The notes beneath the pieces were generated by a model. The model worked only from the letters and a program-made list of their open reading frames with translations. It had not been told where the DNA came from and ran no database searches. 51,743 bases of DNA from Minisyncoccota bacterium (GTDB lineage Bacteria; Patescibacteriota; Minisyncoccia; Phycocordibacterales; PALSA-1337), in assembly GCA_036516895.1 (NCBI GenBank), contig DATDZD010000016.1, forward strand, positions 1-51,743, in the 5' to 3' direction. A program made the position numbers and the translations under genes. Below, in pieces: positions 49,482 through 51,743 of the stretch (position 1 is its first letter; each line of letters starts with the position of its first letter).

Positions 49482-51743
49482 ATGCAAATCACGAAAAAAT
49501 ATTTCGGTCGATACAAAGAATCGTTGACTATAATGCCGAATCTCATAGAATCCCAAGCTGTTTCTTTCAAATGGCTTATTGAACAAGGCGTTGGTGAAGT
49601 ATTCAAAGAATTTTCTCCAATCAAGGATTATGCTGGAAAGAAATTTGAGCTGTCTTTTTCCAGTTTTGAGCTTACTAAGCCGAAATATGACGAACATTAC
49701 GCAAAAAATAATAAACTCTCTTATGAAGGTCAAATAAAAGTCAAAGTGAAATTGAAAAATAAGATACTTGATTCTACCAAGGAACAAGAAATGTTTCTGT
49801 CAGATTTTCCCCTAATGACTAATCATGGAACATTTATTATTAACGGTATTGAACGCGTCATTGCTCCACAACTTGCCAGGTCATTTGGTATTTTCTTTAC
49901 TTCAAACGAACTCAAGGGTAAGAACTATTTTGGAGCAAAGATTATCCCGACTCGCGGTGTTTGGATGGAAATAGAGAGTGATTCTGATGGCACTATATAT
50001 GTTCGGATTGACCGCAAAAGAAAATTTCCCATCACTTCTTTGCTTAGAATTTTAGGGGCGGAGACAAATGAAGCTATTTTACATTTTTTCAGAGATAATG
50101 TTCTTGCCAAAAAAGCGATTGAACTTACTCTGACCAAAGACCATGCAAAGACTACAGATGAATCCTATATTGAAATTCACAAACGACTCCGCGATGGAGA
50201 TTTAGCCACTGCCGACAATGCCCGTGAGTTTATAGGAAGCATATTTCGTGCTGACCGTTATGACCTTTCTCCTGTGGGAAGATTTAGATTTAATAAACGC
50301 TTTGGCAAGTTAATGGATGAAAAAGAACTTGAAAGAAAAACTATTTCTATAGATGATGTTGTTACTATCATTTCTCATATTGCTCTTTTAAATAATACTC
50401 CCGAAGCGATGGAAGATGATATTGACCATCTAGGAAGCAGACGAGTGCGCTATGTCGGTGAACTTTTACAGCAAAAATTCAGAGTGGGTATGACTCAAAT
50501 GAAGAGAAATATCCAAGACAAGATGTCTACTATAGAGCCGGATATTACTTTGCCGGTCAGTTTTGTCTTTCCCCGTCCTTTGCAAGCCCGCATAAAAGAA
50601 TTTTTCACCACAAATCAATTGTCACAATTCATGCTTCAAGAGAATATTCTCTCCGAGCTTGAACATCTTCGCCTGCTCACAGCGCTTGGTCCCGGAGGTC
50701 TTACTCGCGAAAGAGCGGGATTTGAAGTGCGAGACATTCACCCGTCTCACTATGGTCGTCTTTGTCCAATACATACTCCAGAAGGTCCAAATATTGGTCT
50801 TGTGCTCCACCTCTCTCTCTATGCTCGTATAAATGATTTTGGTATGATAGAAACTCCATACGCTAAGGTCAAGGATGGAAAGATTACAAAAGAAGTTGTC
50901 TATCTCAATGCTCTTGAAGAAGAGAATCATCATATCGCTCACGCAGCTATTCCTTATGATGAATCTGGAAATATAACAAGTGACGAAGTAGAAGTTCGTA
51001 TAAATGGCAAACCGGGAATAGCCAAGAAAGAAACAGTGGATTATATAGATATTGCCACAAATCAAGCTTTTTCTATAGCAACATCTCTTATTCCATTTCT
51101 AAATCATAATGACGCCAATAGAGCGCTCATGGGTTCAAATATGCAGAAGCAGGCAACTCCGTGTCTTATTCCAGAGTCGCCACTTGTCGCTACTGGTATT
51201 GAAAAAAAGATAGTCATTGATACTGGTCGTATTGTGGTAGCTCCTGAAAATGGAGAGATTACTTATCTTGATTCAAAGAAGATTGTTCTTGAGGATAAAA
51301 AGGGCAAGAAATATGAATACAATTTAGTTCATTTCTCTCGTACAAATGGTTTTACCGCTTTTCATCAGAGACCTATTGTCAATGTTGGTGATAAGGTGAA
51401 GAAAGGAGATGTCCTTGCAGATACCTCTACTTCCGATGGTGGAGAAATTGCTCTAGGTCAAAATATGCTTGTGGCTTTCATGTCCTGGTCGGGTAATAAC
51501 TATGAAGATGCCATTATTCTTTCTGAACGAATAGTCAAGGATAGTAAATTCAGCTCTATTCATATTGAGGAATTTGTAGTCAATGTTCGTGATACAAAGC
51601 TTGGACCAGAAGTCACTACTTGCGATATTCCAAATGTTGGAGAAGGTAAGCTCAAGAATCTTGCAGAAGATGGCATCGTCCGTGTTGGTGCCGAAGTTAG
51701 ACCTGGAGATATTCTAGTAGGCAAAATTTCTCCAAAAGGCGAA
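49482..51743 (+). CDS. rpoB: DNA-directed RNA polymerase subunit beta (3' end lies outside the window)
   Basis: The frame is open from the ATG at 49482 to the window end (754 codons, no stop, so absent from the ORF track). The sequence reads MQITKKYFGRYKE...LIESQAVSFKWLIE...FIINGIERVI...GRFRFNKR...LGPGGLTRERAGFEVRDIHPSHYGRLCPIHTPEGPNIGL...ALMGSNMQKQA. Confidence 0.95.
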   Translation, partial: MQITKKYFGRYKESLTIMPNLIESQAVSFKWLIEQGVGEVFKEFSPIKDYAGKKFELSFSSFELTKPKYDEHYAKNNKLSYEGQIKVKVKLKNKILDSTKEQEMFLSDFPLMTNHGTFIINGIERVIAPQLARSFGIFFTSNELKGKNYFGAKIIPTRGVWMEIESDSDGTIYVRIDRKRKFPITSLLRILGAETNEAILHFFRDNVLAKKAIELTLTKDHAKTTDESYIEIHKRLRDGDLATADNAREFIGSIFRADRYDLSPVGRFRFNKRFGKLMDEKELERKTISIDDVVTIISHIALLNNTPEAMEDDIDHLGSRRVRYVGELLQQKFRVGMTQMKRNIQDKMSTIEPDITLPVSFVFPRPLQARIKEFFTTNQLSQFMLQENILSELEHLRLLTALGPGGLTRERAGFEVRDIHPSHYGRLCPIHTPEGPNIGLVLHLSLYARINDFGMIETPYAKVKDGKITKEVVYLNALEEENHHIAHAAIPYDESGNITSDEVEVRINGKPGIAKKETVDYIDIATNQAFSIATSLIPFLNHNDANRALMGSNMQKQATPCLIPESPLVATGIEKKIVIDTGRIVVAPENGEITYLDSKKIVLEDKKGKKYEYNLVHFSRTNGFTAFHQRPIVNVGDKVKKGDVLADTSTSDGGEIALGQNMLVAFMSWSGNNYEDAIILSERIVKDSKFSSIHIEEFVVNVRDTKLGPEVTTCDIPNVGEGKLKNLAEDGIVRVGAEVRPGDILVGKISPKGE

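Noticed and set aside
49392-51065. Minus-strand ORFs 49392..49787, 49925..50137 and 50622..51065.
   Set aside because: They lie antisense to an unmistakable rpoB reading frame (49482 to the window end), which is missing from the track only because it has no stop codon in the window.
1-51743. CRISPR arrays, tRNA or rRNA genes, and alternative genetic code (UGA recoding).
   Set aside because: - I saw no regularly spaced direct repeats.
- No intergenic segment has tRNA-like D/T-arm signatures (GGTTCGAATCC-type).
- No rRNA-like conserved blocks are present.
- Housekeeping ORFs terminate normally at TGA, TAA and TAG under the standard bacterial code, with no in-frame TGA interruptions.
- The scan was manual, so short or atypical RNAs could be missed.

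Overview
This is an AT-rich, gene-dense window, transcribed almost entirely from the plus strand, from a streamlined bacterial genome. Hand counts of single 60-nt lines give about 28% G+C in backbone genes.

Several features resemble Candidate Phyla Radiation / Patescibacteria, though this is an inference only:
- a ProRS without an editing insertion and a 591-aa AlaRS
- a sigma-region-4/HARE-HTH protein
- a type IV pilin and a sortase/LPXTG pair
- many lineage-specific membrane proteins
- weak or absent Shine-Dalgarno sequences

Backbone genes, in order:
- dnaJ (5' partial), trpS, a pilin, a D-Ala-D-Ala carboxypeptidase and a ZIP transporter
- frr, rseP, proS
- mreB, mreC, a possible mreD, and PBP2
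- rplJ, rplL, leuS, mltG, mnmA, a uracil-DNA glycosylase and alaS
- the alpha operon: infA, rpmJ, rpsM, rpsK, rpsD, rpoA, rplQ
- rplM, rpsI, grpE and the 5' 754 codons of rpoB, which runs off the window end and is not in the ORF track

Accessory content:
- A block of about 50% G+C at roughly 6.3-8.4 kb carries a PRTase-like gene, a cupin, TspO and a small membrane protein.
- An island at roughly 8.4-14.8 kb carries a class II Fic protein, an orphan HicB-like gene, a DEDDh exonuclease, unknown small genes, and an AbiL-like AAA_21 ATPase plus RloB/Toprim pair.
- A 1.14-kb IS3-family element abuts the stop codon of that pair.
- A tail-to-tail type II restriction-modification pair sits between proS and mreB.
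- A solitary, GC-rich large purL lies between mltG and mnmA.
- An ATP-cone/PD-(D/E)xK fusion lies next to the uracil-DNA glycosylase.

The most unusual signal is a set of 85-121-nt GC-rich palindromic (hairpin) elements in this AT-rich genome. Two sit in frame inside the essential genes leuS and mnmA. A third is a paralogous intergenic copy of the leuS element and shows compensatory base-pair substitutions. Two more fill the frr-rseP and rplJ-rplL spacers and share a terminal 15-mer.

I recognised no rRNA, tRNA or CRISPR array.
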